Made by a program: the position numbers and the translations under genes. A DNA stretch of 64,000 bases from a virus: the IMG/VR virus record IMGVR_UViG_3300032235_000792; one strand, given 5' to 3'. The notes beneath the pieces are model-generated. The model ran no database searches and was not told where the DNA came from. It worked only from the letters and a program-made list of their open reading frames with translations. This document shows, one piece after another, positions 9,968 to 20,109 of this stretch; position 1 is the first letter of the stretch, and every line of letters starts with the position of its first letter.

Positions 9968-12274
9968 CTACTTGTCCCCTGCTCCTGGATTTGCATTGTT
10001 TACTGCCTCTGGTTGTTCTTGTTTTGGTTTATTGAATTCTAGTTTAATTTCATTATTAGCCACAATAACCTTTACAGTATCTCCCATTTCCAACTCTTTC
10101 TTTAAAATAGGTTTGACTAGTTGTTTAACAATAACATCGTCAATTAACTTTTTGATTGGTCTAGCTCCCATTTCTGGATCGTACCCTTCATCTGCTAGAA
10201 ATTCTTTAGCTTTTTTAGATACGTTTAGTCTAATACCTTTAGGTGTAAGTTTAATTTGAGCTAACTTAATAAATTTCTCAACTATCTTAATAGTTATGTC
10301 TTTAGACAGTGAATTAAAAAGTACTACTCCGGTTAGTTTATTTCTAAATTCTGGGCTAAACGTGTCTTTAAGAACACCGTCCATGCTTCTGCTTTTTGCC
10401 TCTTTCTCATCGTCTCCATCACTATTTAGTCCAACTGGCTTTTTAGTTTTGGCTGCTAATGCTGCACCAGCATTACTAGTCATCAATACTAATACGTTAC
10501 TAAAATCAACTTTATTGTCTCTGCCATCTGTCATTTTTGCACCATCAATGATTCCAAGTAATGCATCATAGACTTTTTTATGTGCTTTTTCAATTTCATC
10601 AAGTAGTAATATCGTGTGTGGGTACTTCATGACTTCATTTGTTAGTACACCGCCCTGCTCGTGTCCTTCGTAACCGGGAGGCGCTCCAAATAGCTTAGCT
10701 ACAGCATGTTCTTCGGAAAATTCTGACATATTTAGTTGAAAAAAATTAGAATCAGTCTGAGCAGCAATTTGTTTTGCTAACTCGGTCTTACCTGTTCCGG
10801 TTGGACCCAGCAATAAAAACGAACCAATTGGTTGCCCCTCGTCCCTTAATCCAGCTTTAGCTAGCTCAACCTGCTCAACAACAGTATCAATTGCCTGATC
10901 TTGACCAAAGATGGACGACTTAATGTTGCCAGAAATATCAACGTATGATTCTTTTTGCCTTGTTTTCTTAAAAGCCGAAACAGGTGTTCCTGTTATGTTT
11001 GAAACAATCTCTTCAACATCATCAACTGATGCGTCGACTCTTGATCCACCAAGAGTTGTTTTAATTCTAGCACCGACTGAATCCACTATCGATATTGCTT
11101 TATCTGGAAAAAACTGATTCGTAATGTATTGTTTAGATAATTCTATGACTCTTTCAAGTACTTCTTTAGAGTATTTAACACCATGATATTGCTCTAAAAC
11201 AGGTTTGATACCTTGTTCAAGGATTCTAAGTGTCTCTTCTCCTGTCGGTTCTTCAATTTTAACTACCTGAAACCTTCTCATTAAGGCTTTATCTTTTAGT
11301 ATTTTTTGATTGTATTCATCGTCTGTTGTTGCACCGATACAACTTAAATCGCCGTTGGCTAGACCTGGTTTAATCATATTGGCTAGATCGACACCTTCCT
11401 TACTTCCACCTGCTCCAGCACCCATGACCTGGTGAACTTCATCTATGAAGAGAATCGCATTGATTCCTTCTTTCTCTTTCATAGTTTTTAAATCTTGAAG
11501 TACACCTTTGACCTTCTCTTCGAATTCACCTCGAAACTTTGAACCAGCCAAAATATTGCCTACGTTTAAAGAATAGACTCTTGACTTTCTTAATGATTCT
11601 GGCACTAGGTTTTGTTCAATCATTGATGCTAGACCTTCAACAACTGCGGTCTTACCAACCCCAGGTAAACCTACTAGCATAGGATTCTTTTTCTTATAAT
11701 GAGCAAGAATCTCAACCATCCGTTCCACTTCTTTACGTCTACCGATCAGTGGATCAATTAACTTCTTACCGGCTCTAGCATTTAGATCTTCACATAGCTC
11801 ATTAATAAACTTGTATTTACCTTTGGCATTCACAGAAGACTCAGGATCGTGCTTGTATCCAGACTTCTTTAAAAAATAAACGATGTACATGTCTGGATCA
11901 GACTTGGCAAGAACAAATATTGCGTTTATCATGTCTTCAAAATACATAGGTCTTTGATCTTTGGACGCAGCTTTTTTGCAAAGTTCAAATACTTTGCTAA
12001 GCTCTGGTGTCATGGTTGGCTCTAATTGATTAGACCTGTTCATTAGAGTCTTAACTTGAGAAAAGATCTCGAGTTGAGCGTCTTCTACTTCAATGTGATT
12101 ATCTAAAGAATCTTTGAGGAAGTCAAGATCTGCGCCTTTTGCCTTTAAGAAAGCAATATTTTCTTTAAAATCATCTTTAAGGCAATATCTAAAAAATTTA
12201 CACACAGATATTGTGTTAATGTTTGACTCAGAAATCACTCCATTAATAACTTCTTCAGTGATCTTGTTAGTCAT
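9968..12274 (-). CDS. clpA: ClpA-like two-ring AAA+ unfoldase
   Basis: Walker A GLPGVGKT and GPTGTGKT, Walker B LFIDE/LLDE, KFRGEFEE, GAPPGYEG, ClpP-docking-like PVGL loop, no middle coiled-coil; adjacent clpS. Confidence 0.92.
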   Translation of the reverse strand: MTNKITEEVINGVISESNINTISVCKFFRYCLKDDFKENIAFLKAKGADLDFLKDSLDNHIEVEDAQLEIFSQVKTLMNRSNQLEPTMTPELSKVFELCKKAASKDQRPMYFEDMINAIFVLAKSDPDMYIVYFLKKSGYKHDPESSVNAKGKYKFINELCEDLNARAGKKLIDPLIGRRKEVERMVEILAHYKKKNPMLVGLPGVGKTAVVEGLASMIEQNLVPESLRKSRVYSLNVGNILAGSKFRGEFEEKVKGVLQDLKTMKEKEGINAILFIDEVHQVMGAGAGGSKEGVDLANMIKPGLANGDLSCIGATTDDEYNQKILKDKALMRRFQVVKIEEPTGEETLRILEQGIKPVLEQYHGVKYSKEVLERVIELSKQYITNQFFPDKAISIVDSVGARIKTTLGGSRVDASVDDVEEIVSNITGTPVSAFKKTRQKESYVDISGNIKSSIFGQDQAIDTVVEQVELAKAGLRDEGQPIGSFLLLGPTGTGKTELAKQIAAQTDSNFFQLNMSEFSEEHAVAKLFGAPPGYEGHEQGGVLTNEVMKYPHTILLLDEIEKAHKKVYDALLGIIDGAKMTDGRDNKVDFSNVLVLMTSNAGAALAAKTKKPVGLNSDGDDEKEAKSRSMDGVLKDTFSPEFRNKLTGVVLFNSLSKDITIKIVEKFIKLAQIKLTPKGIRLNVSKKAKEFLADEGYDPEMGARPIKKLIDDVIVKQLVKPILKKELEMGDTVKVIVANNEIKLEFNKPKQEQPEAVNNANPGAGDK

Positions 12275-12284
12275 TTCTTCTCCT

Positions 12285-12626
12285 TTATGCTTTTTCTATT
12301 GTAAAAGCTAACATTTTTATTTCTTTAGATCTTTGAGGAATCATTTGAACTAGTGTTTCTTTAATTGTACTAATTAAAACTAATTTCATCTCCGCAACTT
12401 CTTTGCTGTAAGTTCCGCATTTACCTCTACCTTCATAGTTAACTTTGTTAGCTACTTCTAATGCTTCTTTATTTGACATTTCAAAGGCATTGCACAAAAT
12501 AATAATAACTTCTTCATATGAAGTGTAATCATTGTTGTGAACAATTACATCATATTTAGATGGTTCTTTTATTTTTTCTTTTTCTGCAACTGCGACGTCA
12601 GTTCCAATTACTGTTTTAGTAGCCAT
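12285..12626 (-). CDS. clpS: ClpS adaptor (atypical pocket residues)
   Basis: PSKYDVIVHNNDYT...CGTYSKEVAEMK...TIEKA; directly upstream of clpA as in bacterial clpSA operons. Confidence 0.88.
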   Translation of the reverse strand: MATKTVIGTDVAVAEKEKIKEPSKYDVIVHNNDYTSYEEVIIILCNAFEMSNKEALEVANKVNYEGRGKCGTYSKEVAEMKLVLISTIKETLVQMIPQRSKEIKMLAFTIEKA

Positions 12627-12859
12627 TTTAACCTCATTTTAATTTTCTATCTTTAATACACTTAGATATATCTTTATAATTACTAGTATTGCTTAAACAT
12701 TTAACATAATATTGCTGACATTGAAGTTGAAGTTTTTCAACATAATCAGCCGAATCTCTAGGAGAAGAGATAGAGCAGAGAAAAGCAATTGTTCTTAATA
12801 GTTCCATTTTTTATTCCCTATTTATATTATACTAATTAGATAATTCATACATTTCAATA

Positions 12860-13177
12860 CTAGTCCCTGCGACGACTACGACCACCAGCAGCGTATACTA
12901 GTCCGTTTGATCTTACTTTGCCAGAGTTGGCTTTAAGGTTATTGCCTAAGTTTGATGCTTTGTTTCTTAATTTCGTAGAGTTAATGATGTACTTAGTCAA
13001 CTCAGGGTCAGAGTTGATTTGAATATCTGCACCTGTTTTATGGTCATAAATCATATTGCCAGTATAACGTGTTACATCGTCATTACTGCAATCCGCACAC
13101 ATGTTCTTTTTGCCAGGTTTGTTTGGCTTAAACTCAAATTCACATTCGCATTCTGTACACGTATAATGTTTGTTCAC
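12860..13177 (-). CDS. zinc-ribbon hypothetical protein
   Basis: CTEC...CADC; start re-called to GTG after GGAGG. Confidence 0.55.
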   Translation of the reverse strand: MNKHYTCTECECEFEFKPNKPGKKNMCADCSNDDVTRYTGNMIYDHKTGADIQINSDPELTKYIINSTKLRNKASNLGNNLKANSGKVRSNGLVYAAGGRSRRRD

Positions 13178-13412
13178 ACATACCTCCATAAAAATAAAAT
13201 ATAAATTCCGTTGATGTTTAATAGCATTCATGTGGTATAATTTTATAGTAAGGGAAATTCGATAAGGAACAAAGATGAATACAAAATATAGCGATATCAA
13301 TAACTTATCACTTCTAAAAAATGGGCATACACCCACGTCCGACTCGTACTTCAGTTAAATAGTGCACAACTTTTCAACAAGATAAAACAACAATGCTCGC
13401 AAAGGAGAGAAG

Positions 13413-14441
13413 ATGTCTCTTACTCAAAAAAGAGAAGTATACAAGCCGTTCGAATATCCGAAAGCTTTTGAATACTTTGAGAAACAACAACAAGCTCATT
13501 GGTTACCCACTGAAGTTAGTATGGCAGGAGATATCAATGACTGGAAGACTGTATTGAATGAAGTTGAAAAATCAGTAATTGGAAATGTTCTAAAAGGATT
13601 TACTCAAGCCGAAATTCATGTTGAAGATTACTGGTCAAGAAAAGTTGCGAAATGGTTTGTTAAACCAGAAGTTTGCATGATGGCAAATACTTTTGCTGGT
13701 ATGGAAGCTATCCATATTTGGGGATACTCGTACTTAAACGACTCTTTAGGTTTGGATGACTACGCTGCATTTTTAAAAGATGACGCAACAATGGCTAAAT
13801 TAAATCGATTAAAAGACACTAAAGCAATTAAGACTAGTAAAGAAGAGATAGCTAGATCTTTAGCTGTATTTTCTGGTTTCACAGAAGGCGTTCATTTATT
13901 TTCAAGTTTTGCAATACTGTTAAATTTCTCTAGGTTTAATAAGCTTAAAGGGGTTGGTCAAATAGTTACGTGGTCTATCAGAGATGAATCACTTCACAGT
14001 GAGGCTGGATGTTGGCTTTTTAGAGAGTACTGTAAAGAGAATCCAGGAGTAAGGGAGTCTATTGAAGAAGATGTATATGAGGCAGCAAGATTAACTGTAA
14101 AATTAGAAGATGATTTTATTGACATGTGCTTCAAAAGCCCAACTGGAGATAACTCTATAGATAAGATGTTTAATCTTGGAATAGAGGGTCTCGATCGTGA
14201 CGATCTTAAGCAATATATTCGATACAGAACAAACACTAAGCTTCAAGACTTAGGTTACGCGAGTAACTGGAAGAATATAGATAAGGACGCAATAAAGAGA
14301 ATGGAGTGGTTCGACGCTTTAAGCGCTGGAGTAGAGTTTCAAGACTTTTTTGCACAACGTGTTACCACATATTCTAAAGGTGTTAGCTCTAATTGGAACA
14401 CTGACTACGTATTTGGAGATGAAGATGATAAAAAGAACTAA
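13413..14441 (+). CDS. nrdB: ribonucleotide reductase class I beta subunit
   Basis: HWLPTEV, EAIH..GY, EGVHLFSSF, RDESLH, DFFAQRVTTY. Confidence 0.95.
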   Translation: MSLTQKREVYKPFEYPKAFEYFEKQQQAHWLPTEVSMAGDINDWKTVLNEVEKSVIGNVLKGFTQAEIHVEDYWSRKVAKWFVKPEVCMMANTFAGMEAIHIWGYSYLNDSLGLDDYAAFLKDDATMAKLNRLKDTKAIKTSKEEIARSLAVFSGFTEGVHLFSSFAILLNFSRFNKLKGVGQIVTWSIRDESLHSEAGCWLFREYCKENPGVRESIEEDVYEAARLTVKLEDDFIDMCFKSPTGDNSIDKMFNLGIEGLDRDDLKQYIRYRTNTKLQDLGYASNWKNIDKDAIKRMEWFDALSAGVEFQDFFAQRVTTYSKGVSSNWNTDYVFGDEDDKKN

Positions 14442-16134
14442 ATTAGAGGATCTTAAAAGTAAAGGTGAAGCTCCAGAGTGGATGACAGAAGAAGGTTATG
14501 CCACTATTTCTAAAGGTTATTTGCTTGAAGGAGAGACACCTAGAAGCATGTACCGCAGGATATCTAGGGCTGCATCTACTGCCATAAACAATAAACAGTT
14601 AGAAGATAGATTTTTCGATGTAATGTACAACAAAAATTGGCTGTGTCCTGCGTCCCCAGTTCTTAGTAACTTAGGGACAAACAGAGGTTTACCAATATCT
14701 TGCTTTGGAATAGACGCACCAGATTCTGTTGATGGCATATATAAATCTTTGCATGAGATGGCCATGCTTACTAAGCACGGCGGAGGAGTCGGAGTATCTC
14801 TTGACAGAATAAGAGGTCGTGGAGAGCTGATACGAGGTGGTTCGAATGGAAAATCTGAGGGAATAGTTCCTTGGGCTAAATGCTACGACACAGCAATTAT
14901 CGCCACGTCACAGGGTAACGTGAGAAGAGGTGCAGCCTCTATAAATCTTAGAGTTACTCATAAAGACTTTGAAGAGTTTCTATCTATACGCAGACCTCAA
15001 GGAGATGTCAACAGGCAGTGCTTAAATCTTCATCAGTGTGCTGTTGTATCTGACGACTTCATGAATAAGGTTGAAAACGGAAATGCTGAAGCTAGACATA
15101 AATGGCTAGAGTTACTAAAAACTAGACTTGAGACTGGTGAACCATATATAATGTTCGAAGATACTGTTAATAATTCAGCACCTGCTGCTTATAAGAACAA
15201 CAATCTAAAAGTATCGATGACTAATATATGTAGCGAAATAACTTTGTTTACCGATGAAGATCACAGCTTTATCTGCTGTCTTTCTTCTATAAACCTAGTT
15301 AAATGGGAAGAATGGAAGGACACTGATCTTGTTAACCTAACGGTGCAGTTCCTAAATGGTGTTTTGAATGAATTCATTGAAAGAGCCAAACATCTACCAG
15401 GTTTCACAAGATCTGTTAGGTCTGCAATTAAGGGCAGAGCAATCGGTATAGGTGTACTTGGTTGGCATACCCTATTACAACAGAAACAGCTTCCGTTTGA
15501 TTCATTTGACACAATGATGCTGAACGCTAAGGTATTCAAGAAAATCAACGAAGACGCGATATCTGAATCTAAGAATATGGCTAAAGTATATGGCGAACCT
15601 GAATGGTGCAGAGGCACGGGAATGTACAACTCTCACTTAATTGCAATAGCTCCAACTAGATCTAACTCTATTATCTCAGGGGACGTTAGCCCTGGCATTG
15701 AACCTATCATTGCTAATGCATATACGGATAAAACGGCTAAGGGTGTCTTTATAAGAAAAAATAAAGAACTTATATCGATATTAGAAAAATACGGCAAAAA
15801 CGATGACGAGATATGGAAGTCTATTTTATTAGAAAACGGATCTATTCAGCACTTAAAGTTCTTAACAGATTCTGAAAAAGAAGTATTTAAGACTGCATAT
15901 GAGATTAATCAAAAAGCTATAATTAGACAAGCCGGACAAAGACAAAAGTATGTAGATCAGGCGCAATCTTTAAATCTATTCTTTCCAGCTGACGCGGATC
16001 CTAAATGGTTTCACGAAGTGCACATGGAAGCATGGAAAGCTGGAGTCAAGACTCTGTATTATTGCAGGTCTAGTTCAGTCATAAAAGGGGATATGGCGAG
16101 TAGAGGTGAAGACTGTAAGTCATGCGAGAGTTAA
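14425..16134 (+). CDS. nrdA: ribonucleotide reductase class I alpha subunit (no ATP cone)
   Basis: SPVLSN, ISCF, TNICSEI, APTRS, KTLYY, C-terminal CKSC; start re-called to ATG at 14425 after GGAG. Confidence 0.95.
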   Translation: MIKRTKLEDLKSKGEAPEWMTEEGYATISKGYLLEGETPRSMYRRISRAASTAINNKQLEDRFFDVMYNKNWLCPASPVLSNLGTNRGLPISCFGIDAPDSVDGIYKSLHEMAMLTKHGGGVGVSLDRIRGRGELIRGGSNGKSEGIVPWAKCYDTAIIATSQGNVRRGAASINLRVTHKDFEEFLSIRRPQGDVNRQCLNLHQCAVVSDDFMNKVENGNAEARHKWLELLKTRLETGEPYIMFEDTVNNSAPAAYKNNNLKVSMTNICSEITLFTDEDHSFICCLSSINLVKWEEWKDTDLVNLTVQFLNGVLNEFIERAKHLPGFTRSVRSAIKGRAIGIGVLGWHTLLQQKQLPFDSFDTMMLNAKVFKKINEDAISESKNMAKVYGEPEWCRGTGMYNSHLIAIAPTRSNSIISGDVSPGIEPIIANAYTDKTAKGVFIRKNKELISILEKYGKNDDEIWKSILLENGSIQHLKFLTDSEKEVFKTAYEINQKAIIRQAGQRQKYVDQAQSLNLFFPADADPKWFHEVHMEAWKAGVKTLYYCRSSSVIKGDMASRGEDCKSCES

Positions 16135-16727
16135 AACTCTCGCGACTTACTGTATTTTAGTTGAATAAATTTTTTAACATACGGGTGCTCTGATATTTGT
16201 TTATCGGACGCTCGTATAGCACCGGTTATGCCATTCTTCCAAGCATAAGCTCTTCTTTTTTCATTTCTAGGAAACACTTTAGAAATGCGTGCCCAATGTG
16301 CATTGGCTATCTCTTTTTCAATTATCTCATTATTGTTTATGAAGTGAGTTATTTGAGTCGCTTCCATTCTGGTAATAGACTTGTATTTCCTGCTTAGATC
16401 CTTATTTTTGTCTATAGTTTCTTTTATCGTTAAAGGCATCAGTCCTGTTGATCCAGCTGCTCTGTGCCCTCTGTTAAGGCCATGTTTTACTAATTTATGT
16501 TTTTTATTCTTGCCAGCATTACTTTCTATTTTTGAAATGTGACTAAGATCAGGTGACAGCCGAACCTCAGCGTTCTTTACAATCTCTTTATCTTTATTGT
16601 TTGACATCTCTGATGTGTTAAATGTTGTTAGAAGCGTCGCTGCTATTACCATGTTTTTAATTAATTTTTCAGTAGACAATTCAAGTTCAAAAAAAGCATT
16701 ATTCTGTGTTATCTCTCTGTTTTTCAT
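16131..16727 (-). CDS. putative lysozyme/transglycosylase-fold protein
   Basis: ISKIESN (E-S motif), AAGSTGLMP, AYAWKNG resemble SLT motifs I-III. Confidence 0.45.
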   Translation of the reverse strand: MKNREITQNNAFFELELSTEKLIKNMVIAATLLTTFNTSEMSNNKDKEIVKNAEVRLSPDLSHISKIESNAGKNKKHKLVKHGLNRGHRAAGSTGLMPLTIKETIDKNKDLSRKYKSITRMEATQITHFINNNEIIEKEIANAHWARISKVFPRNEKRRAYAWKNGITGAIRASDKQISEHPYVKKFIQLKYSKSREF

Positions 16728-17040
16728 TTGAAACCTTCTGTTTTATCTTTCTCATCGGGCCTCTATGTCCGCAAATTAAGCATATTCTTATTTCAAAATT
16801 GCCATCTGCTCTTTTTAGAGGAACTTTGTGAAAGTCTGTTTTCCCACATTTGTCGCATATAGGTTCAACCGCAGCACCACCTTCTTCAACCCTAGAAGCT
16901 CTTTCTTCTAATTGATCTATTACACTATTGTTTATTAATTTTCTTAATTTAGATACTTCTCTTTTGAGCTTTTCATTTTCTTGCTCTAACTTCTTGTATC
17001 TTTTCCAATCTTCTGGTGAATCTTTTTTACCGCGTCCCAT
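16699..17040 (-). CDS. coiled-coil plus zinc-ribbon protein
   Basis: N-terminal heptads; CDKC...CLIC. Confidence 0.6.
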   Translation of the reverse strand: MGRGKKDSPEDWKRYKKLEQENEKLKREVSKLRKLINNSVIDQLEERASRVEEGGAAVEPICDKCGKTDFHKVPLKRADGNFEIRICLICGHRGPMRKIKQKVSNEKQRDNTE

Positions 17041-17134
17041 ATTTCCAACTTTAATAAAATAGTTATTTACAAAGTCATATGTTAATTATATCAGTAATTT
17101 ACTTATACCTCCCTGTCGTAGTATAATAGGCTCT

Positions 17135-17428
17135 ATGTCTGATCTTTTAAATCAAATGTCTAAACTATCGTTTTTATGTCCGTTATGCAACGGATACACG
17201 TTTTCTCAACATTGGATGGCTGAATACTCCGCTCAATGGAACAAGTGTCAAAGTTGTGGCTACATGGAAGAAAAAACGGTATCTCGCAACAGAATACTTA
17301 ATAAATTATGCCCAGATAGGCTTGATGAGCCATTTGTAGACCCTGTTACTGCTGAAGTCATCAAAGAATCTACTCAAATCGGAATATACGGCAAAAGAAA
17401 AAAGCGTAAAAATAACAGCAAAAACTGA
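17135..17428 (+). CDS. zinc-ribbon protein, probably leaderless
   Basis: CPLC...CQSC; TATAAT 7 nt before ATG. Confidence 0.6.
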   Translation: MSDLLNQMSKLSFLCPLCNGYTFSQHWMAEYSAQWNKCQSCGYMEEKTVSRNRILNKLCPDRLDEPFVDPVTAEVIKESTQIGIYGKRKKRKNNSKN

Positions 17429-17491
17429 ATTGACCGTTCCACAAGCCATTATGGCTAACATTAAAAATTTTAACATTACGCTCCTCTAGAA

Positions 17492-17971
17492 CTATTCATC
17501 CTTGGATCTATTGATTAGAGAAGCATTTACTGCTCTGTTCATTAGGTATTTTTCCATGAAACTCAAGAAGTTGTCAAGCAGCTTTTCTTCTCCGGTATTA
17601 TTAAGTTTTTCGCCATTTATAAATAAATCACTTTCTGACATAACTAAAATAAGATTATGATCTTCACTTATAAATTTAGCTGAAGCCTCTACTATTTCAA
17701 TAGTGTCGATTATTTCCTCGGGAACATCAAAGCTTCCACCGTCAAGGTGGTTAACTAGCTCCAACACTTCCTCTTTGTTTGCTGCAGATGTTACATTTTC
17801 TTTTATCAGAAAATCTCCGCCGTAAGTAAAAGCAAGAATGTTAGACCCGAGCTCCCATTCACTTACTAATGCGTAAGATTTAGTTTTACTTTTCATTGAG
17901 ACGATATCTTTTATATTCTTAAACTTTACCCTAGCTATCTCACCTTTTTTTAAACCGCTTATCTTACTCAT
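17492..17971 (-). CDS. hypothetical protein
   Basis: 159 aa ORF. Confidence 0.65.
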   Translation of the reverse strand: MSKISGLKKGEIARVKFKNIKDIVSMKSKTKSYALVSEWELGSNILAFTYGGDFLIKENVTSAANKEEVLELVNHLDGGSFDVPEEIIDTIEIVEASAKFISEDHNLILVMSESDLFINGEKLNNTGEEKLLDNFLSFMEKYLMNRAVNASLINRSKDE

Positions 17972-17977
17972 AAGATC

Positions 17978-18190
17978 CTATTCATCTAAAAAGATGGTTT
18001 CAGTTATTAAATCAGAAAGTTCTTGACGCTTTTTTATAAGCTTTTTAAGCATTGTTTTACTAAAATTCTTATAACTAGTTTCAACCTTAATTGAGTTAAT
18101 TATACCTTCATGCTTCTTTATATCTCTAAGAATATCTTGCAATTCTATATCTAGTTTCGCTAGTGCTACAGCTTTTTTAATCTTTATCAC
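17978..18190 (-). CDS. hypothetical protein (C-terminal ITETIFLDE)
   Basis: 70 aa, overlapping operon. Confidence 0.55.
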   Translation of the reverse strand: MIKIKKAVALAKLDIELQDILRDIKKHEGIINSIKVETSYKNFSKTMLKKLIKKRQELSDLITETIFLDE

Positions 18191-18392
18191 TTAAAATCTC
18201 ATTTACTAATGTTTTCAATGACTTATTGCCATCCACGTCCTTGTCTATGAAGATAACAGAGTCGAATCCGTACCCCCAAACTACAGACGTTGAGTTTTTC
18301 TTTACTTCTTCTATAAATTTAAGAAATATATCGCGTTGCTTGTCGTCCATTGTTCTCCGAATAACGCCGTTATGCGCTCGTAGCAGTGTCAA
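18177..18392 (-). CDS. hypothetical protein (C-terminal VNEILSD)
   Basis: 71 aa; start uncertain (ATG of MDDKQ has a GGAG RBS). Confidence 0.5.
   Translation of the reverse strand: MTLLRAHNGVIRRTMDDKQRDIFLKFIEEVKKNSTSVVWGYGFDSVIFIDKDVDGNKSLKTLVNEILSDKD
18379..18391 (-). repeat. TGACACTGCTACG 13-mer, dispersed copy
   Basis: plus strand reads cgtagcagtgtca; exact match to copies at 33-37 kb. Confidence 0.9.
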
Positions 18393-18865
18393 TCTTTAGA
18401 GAGTAGCCGCTGATTTCTTTTGTGTATAAAATTTGCAAACTTATTACCAAATAATATTTTTTTAGGATAGTCTGCTGACCAAACTATATCCGATGCACAG
18501 TCCGTGTTTTTAATAATGGCTACCCAGTATGCTACATTATAGAAAAACATCTTATATAAAACAAACACATAAAGAAATATACTGAAGAACTTTGACATGT
18601 TGTTGATTATATCTAATATACGGTACTTCTGCCCCTTAGTTGGATCCCAGTTGTACTTATCTCTAAACTCTTGCACGTAAACAATATCATGTAGTGACTC
18701 AGGGGCATCTAATTTTGCATACCATCGAGTTTCACCCCATTTAGACTTGATTTGCCCTTCAATTCTACCTACTTTCATACCCCAAAATTCAAAAGCTTTA
18801 AGGGTTGAAGAAGAGTGTTTTCGCGATCTCTCCTTGAACGCTATGTAGTCTTTATCGCTAATCAT
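18389..18865 (-). CDS. hypothetical protein
   Basis: 158 aa; QIKSKWGETRWY motif. Confidence 0.6.
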   Translation of the reverse strand: MISDKDYIAFKERSRKHSSSTLKAFEFWGMKVGRIEGQIKSKWGETRWYAKLDAPESLHDIVYVQEFRDKYNWDPTKGQKYRILDIINNMSKFFSIFLYVFVLYKMFFYNVAYWVAIIKNTDCASDIVWSADYPKKILFGNKFANFIHKRNQRLLSKD

Positions 18866-19120
18866 GAGACTCCTGATTTTTATTTTTTACTTTTCTATTG
18901 TAGGTCTTAGCGTCTTTAAATAACTTAGTTGGTTTTACCGGTGCACGAGGCGATGAATGTAATTTAAAGTAAAAATTAAGGCAACCCAAACATTCGTATT
19001 TGGGTTGCCGCTTTCCTGTGTACTTTGGATGCTTGCTACATTTTTTCATACTACCTAATCAGATTAAACATCAGAACTGAAAACAGCAATATCAATACAT
19101 TCTTTAGTATTGGTCCCATG

Positions 19121-19621
19121 TTATTTTACCAAATGGCGCAGATGTTCAGGTAAAGCATCTGCATTAATACTAACAGAAGGACTTTTCTCTGCTTTAATTT
19201 GAGCGATCCTATTGTTAAGGGCTGTTGCTACATCTTTTTCAGCCTCTGTTCCAATAGTTACTTTAAGTAACTTTCTTAATTCTTTGACTTGTGAGTCGCC
19301 ATTCCCAGTTCTAGTGCCTTTATTCACAACTTGATATTTAGTATTGCCGTTAAGACGAGTGTCTTTCTTAACCCAGTTAGATATCAAACCACTACAATAT
19401 TTATTTAGCTCTGCATCTGAGTTAAGCTTTGATTTAAAGTCATCACTGACGGCAATAGTACCATTGTTGAATTCAGACACCAACTTTGATCTTACGTCTT
19501 TTTTCATAGCTGAAGTCAAAACACTCTTAACATCATTGCCTGGTGTGAATGCAACCCCATTATTTTTAAGAACAGAAATAATAGCATCAAACGTTGCTTC
19601 TCTTTGACTTTTTTTTGACAT
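19121..19621 (-). CDS. paralogue family A protein
   Basis: SQREAT...KYCSGLISNWVKKD..LNGN..Y...GTRTGNGD...ALPEHLRHLV. Confidence 0.85.
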   Translation of the reverse strand: MSKKSQREATFDAIISVLKNNGVAFTPGNDVKSVLTSAMKKDVRSKLVSEFNNGTIAVSDDFKSKLNSDAELNKYCSGLISNWVKKDTRLNGNTKYQVVNKGTRTGNGDSQVKELRKLLKVTIGTEAEKDVATALNNRIAQIKAEKSPSVSINADALPEHLRHLVK

Positions 19622-19773
19622 TACAAACCCCCTGTGTTGTTTTCGTATTCAGAAATATAATCCGTTAAAGATTTCACTTATTTTTATCTGAGATAAATTT
19701 TTTCGCTAAAGAGTATACTCCATATATTGCTACTGCTGGTATTGCGCCTGGCAGTACAAGTATTGCTACTATT

Positions 19774-20109
19774 TTAAGTAGACCTTTTTTCATTAGTAAG
19801 TTCTCTTTCAAATAATTCGTTTATAATAGCATCTATGGTAATCTTTGCTCTTCTTTGAAGACCTTTATTGTCTGCAGTAACTATGTCCTGCAGAGTCTTA
19901 GAATCTAAATTGCACAAGTTTTTTCTGTATTGTTCATCTAATGCTTCTCTAAGCTGCAAAGCCTCTTCTTCTGTCAGAAGCGTATCCATATATCTTTCTC
20001 TAATTATTTCATTACTGTAACCTAATTTATTTACAGCATCACTGTAACAAGATGATGAAGAGCTCCACAGCTCAGCCAGTCTCTTTTTTGAAAGACTTCT
20101 GCGTTTCAA
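19774..20109 (-). CDS. hypothetical protein
   Basis: 111 aa ORF. Confidence 0.55.
   Translation of the reverse strand: MKRRSLSKKRLAELWSSSSSCYSDAVNKLGYSNEIIRERYMDTLLTEEEALQLREALDEQYRKNLCNLDSKTLQDIVTADNKGLQRRAKITIDAIINELFERELTNEKRST

Noticed and set aside
9963-12311. Plus-strand ORFs antisense to clpA, and similar shadow ORFs over ligase, nrdAB, tape measure and baseplate genes
   Set aside because: Fully nested opposite confident genes, Ser/Leu/Phe-rich mirror composition, no RBS.
13413-16134. Intron, intein or homing endonuclease in nrdA/nrdB, ligase or thyX
   Set aside because: All are uninterrupted and of normal length.
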